Assembly: GCA_965116925.1 (NCBI GenBank)
Contig: OZ220744.1
Span: 1,024,001-1,088,000, forward strand
Direction of reading: 5' to 3'
DNA length: 64,000 bases
From: Candidatus Poribacteria bacterium
GTDB taxonomy: Bacteria > Poribacteria > WGA-4E > PCPOR2b
Shown here: piece after piece, positions 47,341 to 58,017 of the stretch
How the letters are laid out: each line of letters opens with the position of its first letter
Numbering within the stretch: the first letter of the stretch is position 1
Program-made: the position numbers and the translations under genes
The notes under the pieces: generated by a model
Databases searched by the model: none
Told to the model about the DNA's origin: nothing
The model's input: the letters and a program-made list of their open reading frames with translations, nothing else

Positions 47341-48129
47341 TTACGGTTCCTCTACTGGCACATACTCCGGAAAAACCTTCGGATAGCTGCGTCCGGTTGA
47401 GACTTGATGGGTTGCTGCATCAATGTAGCACACACTGAATCCCCGCCGGGGTCGATTTGTGGTGTTGACTTCTGAGCGGTGTAACGTCCAATTATGGAGC
47501 AGCACGACCTCTCCTATTTCCATCTCTAGATAGATCCGTTTCTCGTCCGGTGCATGGATTGCTCGTTCCTCTGGAGATAACTGATCGCCCTGTTCGGGGA
47601 TGAGGCTTTTGTGCGACCCCGGAATAATCTGTAGGCACCCGTTGGCAACGCTCGTCGGATCTAGCGCGGTCCAGATTGTCACCTTTGGTGGGATACTCAG
47701 TCCCCAGCCGCCGGCACCGTCTTGATGCCAATTGATGAGGACTCCTTGCTCTGCTGGCTTGTTGAAGAACATCGTGCGAAAAGCGGAAACTTCTTCTCCA
47801 ATAATCTTCTGCGTGATGTCTCGAAACAGTGGGTGTCGTATGTACGGCAGAAACAGGGGATCCTGATCAAGATCCTGAATTTTTCGATATTTCAGCGAAG
47901 ATCCCTTAAACTCTTTCGTCTGCTTCGACAGTTCGGGGTGACCGGCTGACGGACATAACTGCATAAGCATATTGTCGTAGCGAATCTTCCCTAGCATAAT
48001 ATCGTCGATACGCTGACAAAGTGCCTCAATTTCTTTGTCCGGTGCAACTTTGCCCAAACGCACGTATCCCTGTTCGTGGAATGTTGCAAGTTCGTCGTCG
48101 GTCAAAACCGGTCCGTGTAGGTTCGCCAT
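47341..48129 (-). CDS. PhyH family dioxygenase
   Basis: FHEQGY, FFNKP, WHQD, W.ALD....NGCL.IIPGSH, LHRS..N....RR. Confidence 0.92.
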   Translation of the reverse strand: MANLHGPVLTDDELATFHEQGYVRLGKVAPDKEIEALCQRIDDIMLGKIRYDNMLMQLCPSAGHPELSKQTKEFKGSSLKYRKIQDLDQDPLFLPYIRHPLFRDITQKIIGEEVSAFRTMFFNKPAEQGVLINWHQDGAGGWGLSIPPKVTIWTALDPTSVANGCLQIIPGSHKSLIPEQGDQLSPEERAIHAPDEKRIYLEMEIGEVVLLHNWTLHRSEVNTTNRPRRGFSVCYIDAATHQVSTGRSYPKVFPEYVPVEEP

Positions 48130-48177
48130 AGTACAGCCTCCTGATAAAGGTGTCAGTTAAGTTGCCTATTTGATAAT

Positions 48178-48780
48178 TTAACGGGACTTGCGGTAGATAG
48201 TTACCTCCATGGCATCACGTTTGACCCAAGGCAGATCTGTCTCGAACCAGTGGGTTCGACTGTCATAATGGGAACGGACATGATTTAGATAGTCCGCCAT
48301 GCCCGCTGCCCCGATTCCCACGTTATCTGCCACAACAGTTGCCCCGTCGGTCAGCTGCGATTCGATTGCCCGAAAACAGGGGAAATAATTGCTGTAGTTG
48401 TTGTCGAGCAGCACGAAATCGACCGGCTCACGGATAGTTTTCAGCACTTCCGTAGCATCCCCAATCCGCGAATCAATCAAATCATTAACGTTAGCGCGTC
48501 TAAAGTTTTCCTGCGCTTCGTGGGCGCGTCCTGTATCGATCTCAACGGTGAATAATCTGCCCCTACCCGCAGATTTGAGTGCAGCAACCATCCAGAGTCC
48601 CGAATAACCGATAGCAGTGCCACACTCAACAATCAAGTTCGGTGCCGCTTTCTGAGCAAGATTGGCGAGAAACTCGGCTTTTTCATTACCAAGCATCGGT
48701 ATATGCTGTTCTCGACATCGTTCATCGACTTCTTGTAACACCTGATCAAACACGGTCATTGGTGTTCCATCCTTCCGCAA
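48178..48780 (-). CDS. Class I SAM-dependent O-methyltransferase
   Basis: VECGTAIGYSG, TVEID, GDA, DFVLLD, VADN. Confidence 0.88.
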   Translation of the reverse strand: MRKDGTPMTVFDQVLQEVDERCREQHIPMLGNEKAEFLANLAQKAAPNLIVECGTAIGYSGLWMVAALKSAGRGRLFTVEIDTGRAHEAQENFRRANVNDLIDSRIGDATEVLKTIREPVDFVLLDNNYSNYFPCFRAIESQLTDGATVVADNVGIGAAGMADYLNHVRSHYDSRTHWFETDLPWVKRDAMEVTIYRKSR

Positions 48781-48809
48781 TTTTCAAGGCTTGACTTATA
48801 CGCCCCTTG

Positions 48810-50042
48810 TTAATCCGCACGGAACGTTCCTTCCTTCTGCACCCGCTCGTAGATACCGGCAAATTCCGTTGAGCCGTCGTCTTCCCATATTTCGGATTTG
48901 ATCCCCCGAATCGTGCCTTCTTCACGTCCTGTTACTCTGGTAGGTGAGACATAGGAGCGACCGTAGAAAGTATTCCCGCCCGGCATGTGCAGCACACCAA
49001 CGTACTTAGGAGGTTCTGTCGGCTTATTCGCTGCGATACGTGCCAGTGCGTCTTCGTCTACTTCGTATCCGAGTCCCGGACCTTCTGGAACGGGAGATGA
49101 TCCCTCGATGACAGGAATCCGCTTAGTGGTGTAATCTTCCTCGTATTGGTCGTCGAGATTGATGGAGTGAGCGGTGTGGGTGGGCAGAACAGCCGCCATG
49201 TGCAACGCCATTGCCTTGCCGAGTGTACCGGACTCAAACTGAAGTATTGTCTGGATATTCGCTTTTCCGCAGGCAAAGCCGGTCGCAATAGTGTCGCCAA
49301 TCGAGCCGCCAATCATGTAGATGTCGGCAACGCTGTGGAGAATTTCTTGGACGCTTCCGAGCGGTGTACCGTGCATGATAATCGGGAGACGGGTCTGCTC
49401 GCGCAATCGACGCCAGCCATCTACATCATTCTTTACGAGTGGGTCTTCGATATAACCGACAATTGGATGGTTACGTTCTAATTCCTGAATGATGGGCAGG
49501 ACCGCCGCCAAACTCCGGTTACTATTGAAGTCGTAATGAATCTTGAAACCCTCCGGTGCGACCTCTTCGGCGAGCCGAGTCTGTTCCATCACGTCGAAGT
49601 AATCGCAGGTGTGCATCTTAAAGATCGTATAACCTTGATCCGCCGCTCGACTGATTTCGTCACGGAATATCTCCGGTGCTGCCGGACGGGTCCACGCTGC
49701 AACCGGCACCGCATCCCGCACTTTCTGCCCTATTAACTTGTAGACGGGCACTTCGAGATATTTCCCCATTACGTCATAGAGAGCACAGTTCAAAGCGGAG
49801 CCGTAGGAGAGGTGATTGTTGATAAAGTCAAACGGATTGCGACCGATGAGTGATGCTGCGACTGCTGGATCTGGCTGCCCACCGGGGCGAACGCGCTGGT
49901 CACCGTAGCCAATTATCCCGGCGTCTGTCTCCACTTTGAAAACGGTGCGATGGTCTATGCCGTACAAATCGACCTTGCGATTGTCGTAACGTTTTGCAAG
50001 GCGCGGGTAAATCGGAATCACTTCAATGTTGGTAATTTTCAT
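48810..50042 (-). CDS. Mandelate racemase/muconate lactonizing enzyme family protein
   Basis: VETDAGIIGYG, ALYDVMGK, VYKLIG, YDFN, IEDP, PEGPGLG. Confidence 0.85.
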   Translation of the reverse strand: MKITNIEVIPIYPRLAKRYDNRKVDLYGIDHRTVFKVETDAGIIGYGDQRVRPGGQPDPAVAASLIGRNPFDFINNHLSYGSALNCALYDVMGKYLEVPVYKLIGQKVRDAVPVAAWTRPAAPEIFRDEISRAADQGYTIFKMHTCDYFDVMEQTRLAEEVAPEGFKIHYDFNSNRSLAAVLPIIQELERNHPIVGYIEDPLVKNDVDGWRRLREQTRLPIIMHGTPLGSVQEILHSVADIYMIGGSIGDTIATGFACGKANIQTILQFESGTLGKAMALHMAAVLPTHTAHSINLDDQYEEDYTTKRIPVIEGSSPVPEGPGLGYEVDEDALARIAANKPTEPPKYVGVLHMPGGNTFYGRSYVSPTRVTGREEGTIRGIKSEIWEDDGSTEFAGIYERVQKEGTFRAD

Positions 50043-50205
50043 CTTAACACTCCTCGCAGGGCGGCTTCAATTCAAGGGAAGAAAATTGGACTTAACCGTA
50101 CTGTTTCAAAGATATGTTAACAGATTTCCCACCGTTGTTCAAGTAAATGGTTGGTCTAACATCGGGATCCATCGTATTCCGTGAGAGGGTGGAACCTTTG
50201 CTGAA

Positions 50206-51438
50206 TCAGACCGCCCAACCTTTTACCATGTACGCTTGCAATGTACCGCTCTCATCAGAATTGAAGAAACCTGTGCTGCCATCTGGTGAGAGGAATGGGT
50301 GGATATGGCTATCTTTCTGCCAAGAAGAGCGTGGATTGAGCAGAAAGGTAATGTTTTGCAGCGGCTCCGTTTCGTCCGTAGGGAACTCAGCTAGATAGAT
50401 TGCACCGCCGCCATCTCTAGGTCCAGCGTCTGTAATCAGATGCTGCCCAGCGATATCTGTGGCAAAATGATAGAAGTCAGGATTTGGGAAATCACGCGAT
50501 AGGTCGTTGCGCCTGCCACCCGGCGTATTGATCCCCAAATGTCCCACATGAGGCAGTGCCTGCCCTTCAATCAGTTGACAACTCTTAGGTTCCCGTGTGG
50601 AGGTGCTAGTCAGTGCTCTTGAACTACGTCCAATCCAGCACTGATGACCTTGACAGAACTCAATCCCATCCCGTCCCCAAGGCAGATCCCTGAGTTTCGT
50701 TCCGTCATCACGAAGGACGTGGATATCCGCCCCATCTCCACCAACTAGTCGGGAGACTTTTCCTAATGAATCGCAAGTATTTCCGTGGTTCTCTTGGATC
50801 AGGATATCGCGTGTTTCTTCAGCATCAAGGGATCGGCTATATTGTGGGTGCATATTGCACCATGTCTGTCCATGGATAATCAGTTCGACAGATGCTTCCT
50901 CTAAATTGAAAACCATCAAGCCCCAAGGCGCGTCCACAGTGTTGCCATCGCCGAAGAAGGCAGAAATCGCCAACCGCTTTCCATCAGAGGATATTGTAGA
51001 TAGCGGATAAGGACGGCTCGGACGAAAATTGGTGTTAGGAAGCGGCGCGTCAATCGTCAGCAGTGTCTCTCTGCCGGTGCCATCCATACCAACCCGCTTG
51101 AGCGTCAAACTCCCGCCGCCGGGGCGGGTCTCATTGATAAAATAGTATAGGGTTGTTCCATCAGGAGAAACGGAGGGGGCAATCGTACCGGTTTCGTCGG
51201 TAATTGGAATGAGTTCACAGTTATTCTCTATATCACAGATCAGATATTGATGTTCGGGGTCTTCCGGATCTGAACCGTGTGGATGCGCGGAACGGTGCAG
51301 AATGAATCGCTTTGAATCCGGCGTGAAGATCTGCGCCTCCATGTAGATGTGTGAACTGGGCACATCCTCCGTTGTTAATTGGAAAATTTCCAGTCCTTCA
51401 GGACTAGCTTCGGCTTGCATATCGGGTCGTTTTTTCAT
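50206..51438 (-). CDS. TolB/oligogalacturonate-lyase-like beta-propeller protein
   Basis: HIYME...FTPD, SPDG repeats, HIHPFLSPDG...FFNSD..G..Q.Y. Confidence 0.65.
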   Translation of the reverse strand: MKKRPDMQAEASPEGLEIFQLTTEDVPSSHIYMEAQIFTPDSKRFILHRSAHPHGSDPEDPEHQYLICDIENNCELIPITDETGTIAPSVSPDGTTLYYFINETRPGGGSLTLKRVGMDGTGRETLLTIDAPLPNTNFRPSRPYPLSTISSDGKRLAISAFFGDGNTVDAPWGLMVFNLEEASVELIIHGQTWCNMHPQYSRSLDAEETRDILIQENHGNTCDSLGKVSRLVGGDGADIHVLRDDGTKLRDLPWGRDGIEFCQGHQCWIGRSSRALTSTSTREPKSCQLIEGQALPHVGHLGINTPGGRRNDLSRDFPNPDFYHFATDIAGQHLITDAGPRDGGGAIYLAEFPTDETEPLQNITFLLNPRSSWQKDSHIHPFLSPDGSTGFFNSDESGTLQAYMVKGWAV

Positions 51439-51674
51439 TGTCTCTCCAGTCTCCATGAACTTTCTGTGGCTTCTGTTGCTGTTTAACGTTACAGACGTGG
51501 TACTGTTGTTGCATCTCACTGTAGGCGGTTTCAATTCCCGTCTAGTTTAACATCAATGATAGATTCAATCAAGAAAAGTCGGTTGATCTGATGACTGAAT
51601 CGTGATACTATTTAAGCAGTCCAGCGGATTTCTCGATTACTGGAAAACTCTCGGATTTGAGGAACGGAGATATC

Positions 51675-52409
51675 ATGCACTTAAAACATATACGTCCCTA
51701 CCAATTGAAAGAAGCTGTGGAAGATGGATATCCCTTACTTGTACCGGCAGGTTGCATTGAGACGCACGGTCCTCACATGGCGATTGGTCACGACACGATC
51801 ATCGTTGAAGAAATTTGCGCCCGGATCGCTGAAAAGACAAATGTCGTCATTGCCCCCTCGTTCGACTACGGTCCTACCGGCTACGCGCTCGGCGGCCCCG
51901 CCGATGGCACCATTGACCCAGATTACGCTGCGTTTGGCGGTCATGTCAAAGCGATTCTGAAAAATTTCCGCGAGATGGGTTTCAAGACCATTTACGTGAT
52001 TATTATGCACCAGGGCATGGAGGCACCGCTTGCGCTAGCATTCAAAAAGGCAGCGGCGGAGCTCGCCTTCGAGAGCATCTTGGAGCGGGGGTATCCGCAC
52101 GGCTGGTGGGGTGTGGAATCCATGAAGGACGAAGCGGGTCCCCTATCCGGTCATATTGAAGTTCAACCGATGATTCTGCCCGACGCATCGCCGCCGGCTG
52201 GCGGTGACCATGCGGGGTATAACGAAACCTCTTTTCTGCTAGCGACCCGTCCCGAATTGGTAGAACAAGATCGCTTGGACGACACGGCGCCTTGGTATTG
52301 CCGTCAAGATGAGGAGAAGAATAGCTGGACAGCCAACGCCGAACATGGACAGGCGATGGTGGATGCGGTCGTGGCGGCTTGGGTGGAAAAAATTATGTCC
52401 CGTTCGTGA
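51675..52409 (+). CDS. Creatininase family protein
   Basis: G.IETHGPH...G.D, H.G, DHAGYNETS. Confidence 0.88.
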   Translation: MHLKHIRPYQLKEAVEDGYPLLVPAGCIETHGPHMAIGHDTIIVEEICARIAEKTNVVIAPSFDYGPTGYALGGPADGTIDPDYAAFGGHVKAILKNFREMGFKTIYVIIMHQGMEAPLALAFKKAAAELAFESILERGYPHGWWGVESMKDEAGPLSGHIEVQPMILPDASPPAGGDHAGYNETSFLLATRPELVEQDRLDDTAPWYCRQDEEKNSWTANAEHGQAMVDAVVAAWVEKIMSRS

Positions 52410-52460
52410 AGATTATTCCGCGTTATATCGGTGTTATTCTGTGTATAAGGTAAATGCCAA

Positions 52461-53870
52461 ATGACATTCGCAGATAAACAGATTACTGTCTTTGGACTCC
52501 ATCGCAGCGGCGTTGCTGTCGCCAAATTGCTAGATGATCTCGGTGCGAAGGTCCTTGTTACAGACCCAAAATCTAGCGATGAACTCCAAGCAGACATTGA
52601 TGCCCTAAAGGATCGAGACATTGATTTCATTCTTGGTGGTCACGATCAGCACTGCATCGAACAGGCGGATCTAATCGTCCTTTCGCCGGGAGTACCATTG
52701 GACCTCCCAATTCTGCAAGAAGCGCGCTCGACAGGTGTTCCAATCACTGGTGAACTAGAAGTTGCTGCTAGCCTTTGCGCTGCGCCGATAGTTGCAATTA
52801 CTGGTACAAAAGGCAAATCGACAACCACGATTTTAACAGCCGAACTTCTCAAGCGTGGAAATTTTCGTAGGGTTTGTACTGCGGGAAACATTGGTGTTCC
52901 GCTATCGAGCGAAGTTCAGGATTTAGCGGCTGAAGATCTTGTTGTCATCGAAGCCAGTAGTTTTCAGCTTGAAACGACCACACAGTTTCGACCGGTGGTG
53001 AGCGTTGTGCTGAATCTGTCGCGCGATCATCTAGACCGACACAAGACAATGGCTGCCTATCGAGCAGCAAAGTTGAAAATTTGCGTGAACCAAACATCGA
53101 CAGACTGGATTGTTCTGAATGCTTTGGATGAAGATGTTTTATCTTTTGGTGATGAGACACAGGCAAGAAGGGTTTACTTTACGGACACCACTACTGTCGA
53201 AATGGGCACGTATGTAAAAGATAACCAGATCTTTGCAAAGTGGGAGGGCGAATCTCACTGGATCTGTGATGTTGAAGACAGTCCTTTGCCCGGAAGGCAT
53301 AACATCCAAAATGTCCTTGCTGCCACGGCAGTTGGGCAGGTTTTCGGCATTTCACCAAACATGATGCGCTCCGCAATTTGCAATTTCACCCCTGCCGAGC
53401 ATCCTCCCCTTGAACACGCCTTTGAGCCGGTCAAGACAATTAATGGTATTCGCTTTATCAACGACTCCAAAGCCACCAATGTCGCTGCAGTCAAGGCAGC
53501 GATCGAATCGTTGTCAGATCCGATTATGTTAATTATGGGTGGATACGATAAGGGAAATAGTTATCAGCCGCTGATTGAGTGTGTCCGATCGAAGGTCAAG
53601 GGGCTAATCCTGCTGGGATCACACACCGGAATAATCCGAAACGCCCTTGCAGCGCATGTCGTTACACGGGATGCAGGGACAATGAGCGACGCTGTCGAAC
53701 TTGCTTACGCACACGCGGTGCCGGGCGATGTAGTGCTTTTATCACCAGCGAATGCAAGTTTTGATATGTTCACAGACTATAAGGCGCGTGGTCAAGCGTT
53801 TCGGGAGGCTGTTAATCACCTTGAATCGACAGAGACAACCTCAAAATCCGATATTCATCTGGACCAATGA
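52461..53870 (+). CDS. murD: UDP-MurNAc-L-Ala:D-Glu ligase
   Basis: SPGVP, ITGTKGKSTT, GNIG, E.SSFQL, DHLDRH, NDSKATN, GG.DKG, SPA.ASFD. Confidence 0.96.
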   Translation: MTFADKQITVFGLHRSGVAVAKLLDDLGAKVLVTDPKSSDELQADIDALKDRDIDFILGGHDQHCIEQADLIVLSPGVPLDLPILQEARSTGVPITGELEVAASLCAAPIVAITGTKGKSTTTILTAELLKRGNFRRVCTAGNIGVPLSSEVQDLAAEDLVVIEASSFQLETTTQFRPVVSVVLNLSRDHLDRHKTMAAYRAAKLKICVNQTSTDWIVLNALDEDVLSFGDETQARRVYFTDTTTVEMGTYVKDNQIFAKWEGESHWICDVEDSPLPGRHNIQNVLAATAVGQVFGISPNMMRSAICNFTPAEHPPLEHAFEPVKTINGIRFINDSKATNVAAVKAAIESLSDPIMLIMGGYDKGNSYQPLIECVRSKVKGLILLGSHTGIIRNALAAHVVTRDAGTMSDAVELAYAHAVPGDVVLLSPANASFDMFTDYKARGQAFREAVNHLESTETTSKSDIHLDQ

Positions 53871-54981
53871 TCCGATTAAAGGGGGGATAGATCATTTCCT
53901 ACTGTTCATCACGCTATGTCTCGTCGCAATCGGAATTGTGATGGTCTACAGCTCGAGCAACATGCTTGCTTATGAACTGTATAACGAAAACAGCTATCAT
54001 TATCTGAAGGCGCAGCTGCTCGCCTGCATGCTCGGATTGGTCAGCATGTTTGCCGCGTCATACTTCCCTTACCAATATTATCAAAAGTATGCTAAGTTGA
54101 TTTTAGTGCTATCATTAATTGGTTTGTTGTTGGTATTTTCTCCAATTGGGCTCAGCGTACGTTCAGCAGGTGGCATTATATTTCATCGGTGGATTCGGAT
54201 TGCGAACTTGCAGTTTCAGCCGGTTGAATTGACAAAACTTGGGTTAATAATTTATGTTTCTCATTTTCTCGTTAGCAAACGTGGTCAGATTCATAGGTTA
54301 ACCCGAGGCTTACTGCCAACCCTTTTTATCCTTTCGATTACATTTATCCTCTTATACAAGCAACCTGATTTTGGATCGGCGGTTCTATTAAGCCTATCAG
54401 TTCTTGTGCTACTATTTGTAGGCGGGGCGCGTCCATCACAGATTGTTCTTGTTGTTGGGATCGCCTGTTTTTTTATCTATTCATCAATCCAGGGTGATGT
54501 TTATAAAATGCAGCGGATTCACGGTTTTCTGAATTCGCTGAGGTTTCCTTATGAGGGGCACTATCAGGTTAACCAATCCTTAAATGCCCTTGCACTTGGT
54601 GGATTATTCGGGGCGGGCATCGGTAACAGTATTTTTAAACTTTTTCATCTCCCTTATCCACATACTGATTTCATCTTTGCGATTCTCGGTGAAGAGCTCG
54701 GTTTTATTGGTGTGGTTGGCATTATTACCCTGTTTATGTTGCTCATCTGGAGGGGTTTCCATATTGCTCAACATACCACGGATGCCTTTGGGAGTTTAAT
54801 TGCCATCGGAATTACCACACTCATTGGACTGCAAACGGTTGTTAACATGGGTGTGGTGACCGGCATGCTGCCTGTTAAAGGAATCACGCTGCCTTTCATA
54901 AGTTACGGTGGTTCATCACTCCTAGTCAGCTTGTTCAGTATCGGAATTTTGTTGAACATCTCGCGCGACATGAGTCAATAA
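53867..54981 (+). CDS. ftsW: Peptidoglycan glycosyltransferase FtsW (start ambiguous; see findings)
   Basis: MVYSSS, RWI...QFQPVE, QPDFG, LPYPHTDFIF..LGEELG, KGITLPFISYGGSS. Confidence 0.93.
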
Positions 54982-55004
54982 CCTTGCCCTAAAGGAGAGG
55001 GCTC

Positions 55005-56162
55005 GTGCGAATCCCGATACCATCGTCTAGTGGATACAAAATGAGGTTTACGTTGATGTCACGAATCGTGATTTCAGGGGGTGGTACCGGCGGTCACATC
55101 TATCCGGCAATCGGTATTGCTAAAGAACTAATACAACTTGATGTGGAGACCGAAGTTATTTTCATCGGCGGAGTAGACCGTCTCGAATCAACGCTGGTTC
55201 CACAGCACGGATTTCGGTTCCTGCCAATCTCCGTTGCAGGCTTCCCGCGCAAATTGACATGGGGGTGGATACCTGTTGTGTACAAGGTCTGTTCCGGTTT
55301 AGTGAAATCATTATGGCTGCTCAAAAGTCTAAAACCCCGTGTTGTAGTAGGAACAGGAGGTTATGTCTGTGGGCCCGTGTTGTTCGCAGCCGTGCTATTG
55401 GGCATACCGACGGTTATACAGGAGCAGAATGCTGCCCCCGGACTGACAAATCGCATTCTGGCACGCTGGGCAAAGGCGATCTATCTCTCGTTTGAAACTG
55501 CCGGTACACACTTTCCAACCGAGAAAACGACAGTGCTAGGTAATCCAATCCGCCGAACAATTGGAACAGCTGAACGAACCCGCGAAACTTACGATTCGCT
55601 TGGGCTAGACCCAGAACGAAAAACCGTGTTTGTGATGGGTGGAAGCCAAGGCGCACAGGCGATTAACCAAAATATGATGGATGCCCTAGATGAGTTAGTG
55701 CCATTCGACCAGCAGCTTCAATTCATCCATCAAACGGGAAAAGCTGATTACGAAACAGTCAAGGCGCATTATCAGAAATCATCACTTCGACATTTGGTAC
55801 AACCGTACTTTGATCCCATTGAAACAATTTACAGCATCGCTGATTTGATGGTATGTCGCGCCGGGGGCATGACAATCGCGGAAATCACCGCGTGTGGTAT
55901 TCCAGCGATTTTTATTCCTCTGCCAACTGCTGCCGGAGACCATCAGAGACTAAATGCCCAAGCGATTGCGGAGGCGGGTAGTGGTGTCGTGCTCGATCAA
56001 CGTACATTGACAGGACACAAACTCGCTGAAGAAATAATCAGAATTATGGACAATCCGGAGGAACAGCAAAGGATGGCAAATCAAAGTCGTCAGTTGGGCA
56101 ACCCGCACGCCGGGGAAGATATTGCCCAATCAATCTATTCTTTCGTGAAATCTAACCCCTAA
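55005..56162 (+). CDS. murG: Undecaprenyl-PP-MurNAc-pentapeptide GlcNAc transferase
   Basis: GGGTGGHIYP, GGYV, EQNA, GNPIR, GGSQGA, RAG, HQ..NA. Confidence 0.97.
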   Translation: MRIPIPSSSGYKMRFTLMSRIVISGGGTGGHIYPAIGIAKELIQLDVETEVIFIGGVDRLESTLVPQHGFRFLPISVAGFPRKLTWGWIPVVYKVCSGLVKSLWLLKSLKPRVVVGTGGYVCGPVLFAAVLLGIPTVIQEQNAAPGLTNRILARWAKAIYLSFETAGTHFPTEKTTVLGNPIRRTIGTAERTRETYDSLGLDPERKTVFVMGGSQGAQAINQNMMDALDELVPFDQQLQFIHQTGKADYETVKAHYQKSSLRHLVQPYFDPIETIYSIADLMVCRAGGMTIAEITACGIPAIFIPLPTAAGDHQRLNAQAIAEAGSGVVLDQRTLTGHKLAEEIIRIMDNPEEQQRMANQSRQLGNPHAGEDIAQSIYSFVKSNP

Positions 56163-56175
56163 ATTTAGAAAGTTT

Positions 56176-57570
56176 ATGTCTATGTTTGGAAAAACTCGTC
56201 ATATTCACATCATTGGTATTGGGGGTGTTGGACTCAGTGGAATTGCTGAGATCCTACTAAACCTCGATTTTCAGGTCTCTGGATCCGATTTACGCGAAAC
56301 GGAAGTCACCGATCGTTTGGTAGCATTAGGTGCGGATGTTTATTGCGGTCATGCCGCCGAACAGATCACTAGCGCAGATGTTGTGGTGATGTCTCCTGCC
56401 GTTTCGCTCCAGAATCCTGAGGTGGTTGCAGCGAAGGAACGCAAGATTCCTGTGATTCGCGGTGCAGAGATGCTCGCGGAGATTATGCGAATGAAGTTCA
56501 GCGTCGCGGTGAGTGGTACGCACGGAAAAACCACCACAACCGCGATGACGGCGGCGGTACTAGATCAACTGGATCCAACGGTTGTTGTTGGCGGGAAATT
56601 GGTCAGTTTGGGCAGCCATGCTCGGATTGGGCAGGGAGAAATGATGGTAGTTGAGGCGGACGAAGCTTACGGCTCCATCGAGAAATTCTTCCCAACAATT
56701 GCGGTGGTCACATCGGTTGATGCCGATCATCTTGACTATTATAACAGTGTTGAAGAGATTGGTGAGACATTTCTGGAATTCATCAACAAGGTGCCGTTTT
56801 ACGGCACTGCGGTGTTATGCTTGGATCAGGAAAACATACAGCAGCTGATTCCCCGAATCGAAAAACGCTATGTAACGTATGGAATCGAAACGCGCGCGGA
56901 CCTGATAGCAGAGCGATTAAGTATTGATGGTCCAACTTCTCACTACCGTGTCCATGTGCACGGAGAAGTCTTGGGCGAGATTCATCTTAAAATGCCGGGA
57001 AACCATAATATCTTAAACTCATTGGCAGCGGTCGCTGTTGGATTGGAGCTGGGCGTGCCATTTGACTCGATTCGAGCAGCTTTGGAGTCTTTTCGCGGCG
57101 TTCATCGTCGTTTTGAAATTATTGGTCAGGTCAACGATATCATTGTAGTCGATGATTATGCACACAATCCTGCAAAATTAAAGGCAACCTTTCAAGCTGC
57201 CCGTGAAAGCTATAATCGTCGTATCGTTGCTGTTTTTCAGCCACACCGTTATCAGCGAGTGAAACATCTTGCTGAAGAGTTTTCGAGGTCATTCTATCAA
57301 ACGGATGTTCTCATCGTCAGTTCGATTTATGGGGCCGGAGAAGCCCCTGTCGAAGGAGTGACCGCGGAAAAACTAGCACATGCCATACAAGCACACGGAC
57401 ATCGGCATGTGATTTATGTTCCTGAGAAAAACAAAATCACGGAAACTCTGGTAAATATAGTTCGTCCGAATGATATTGTTATCACAGTTGGAGCAGGCGA
57501 TATCTGGCAAGTTGGTCGTGAGTTATTGGAAAATCTTGGCGGAGCCAATGAAATGCTAAACAATGGTTGA
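56176..57570 (+). CDS. murC: UDP-MurNAc:L-Ala ligase
   Basis: GIGGVGLSG, GTHGKTTT, EADE, DHLD, RRFE, DDYAH, FQPHRY, GAGD. Confidence 0.95.
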   Translation: MSMFGKTRHIHIIGIGGVGLSGIAEILLNLDFQVSGSDLRETEVTDRLVALGADVYCGHAAEQITSADVVVMSPAVSLQNPEVVAAKERKIPVIRGAEMLAEIMRMKFSVAVSGTHGKTTTTAMTAAVLDQLDPTVVVGGKLVSLGSHARIGQGEMMVVEADEAYGSIEKFFPTIAVVTSVDADHLDYYNSVEEIGETFLEFINKVPFYGTAVLCLDQENIQQLIPRIEKRYVTYGIETRADLIAERLSIDGPTSHYRVHVHGEVLGEIHLKMPGNHNILNSLAAVAVGLELGVPFDSIRAALESFRGVHRRFEIIGQVNDIIVVDDYAHNPAKLKATFQAARESYNRRIVAVFQPHRYQRVKHLAEEFSRSFYQTDVLIVSSIYGAGEAPVEGVTAEKLAHAIQAHGHRHVIYVPEKNKITETLVNIVRPNDIVITVGAGDIWQVGRELLENLGGANEMLNNG

Positions 57571-57786
57571 ACAGAATGTTCTTGCGATTCATGGCTGTTC
57601 AGCATAAAATATCCTAGATTTTCGGTTTGATAGCCTCTCGCGTTATCCGCAAGAGAAAATGGGTTAATCCTAGCAGAGAGGTCTTTCAAATGGGTATACT
57701 ACGAGATATTGTGTGTTTTTTGTTAAAAATATACAAAAAAAATTGTGCCCAGAGTACGATTTGGGGCAAATTCCGTTAATTTTTAG

Positions 57787-57815
57787 TTGATATTTGCAAT
57801 TGTTTGTCGTATAAT
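57787..57815 (+). promoter_or_regulatory. sigma70-type promoter directly in front of RHH gene
   Basis: TTGATA-17 bp-TATAAT, 10 nt upstream of the ATG at 57826. Confidence 0.7.
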
Positions 57816-57825
57816 CAATTACATC

Positions 57826-58017
57826 ATGGCAAAACAAATTGTACAATTTCGTTTGGATAAGGACTTGCACGATTTCGTGAAGAAATATGCCGAGTTGAAG
57901 CGTATGTCTATCAGTCAGGTCATACGGCTTTGCGTCCTTGATTTTTACGAAGAACATCAAGACGAAGAAGATCTAGTGGAGGTGGAGGATGTTTCTGACT
58001 CGACAAATCAAGGTTAA
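57826..58017 (+). CDS. Small ribbon-helix-helix (CopG/Arc-like) protein with acidic tail
   Basis: MAKQIVQFRLDKDLHDFVKKYAELKRMSISQVIRLCVLDF: beta-strand VQFRL, helix A, S.S..IR helix B. Confidence 0.75.
   Translation: MAKQIVQFRLDKDLHDFVKKYAELKRMSISQVIRLCVLDFYEEHQDEEDLVEVEDVSDSTNQG

Noticed and set aside
57826..58017. RHH protein as antitoxin of a type II TA pair
   Set aside because: No toxin-like ORF adjacent on the same strand.
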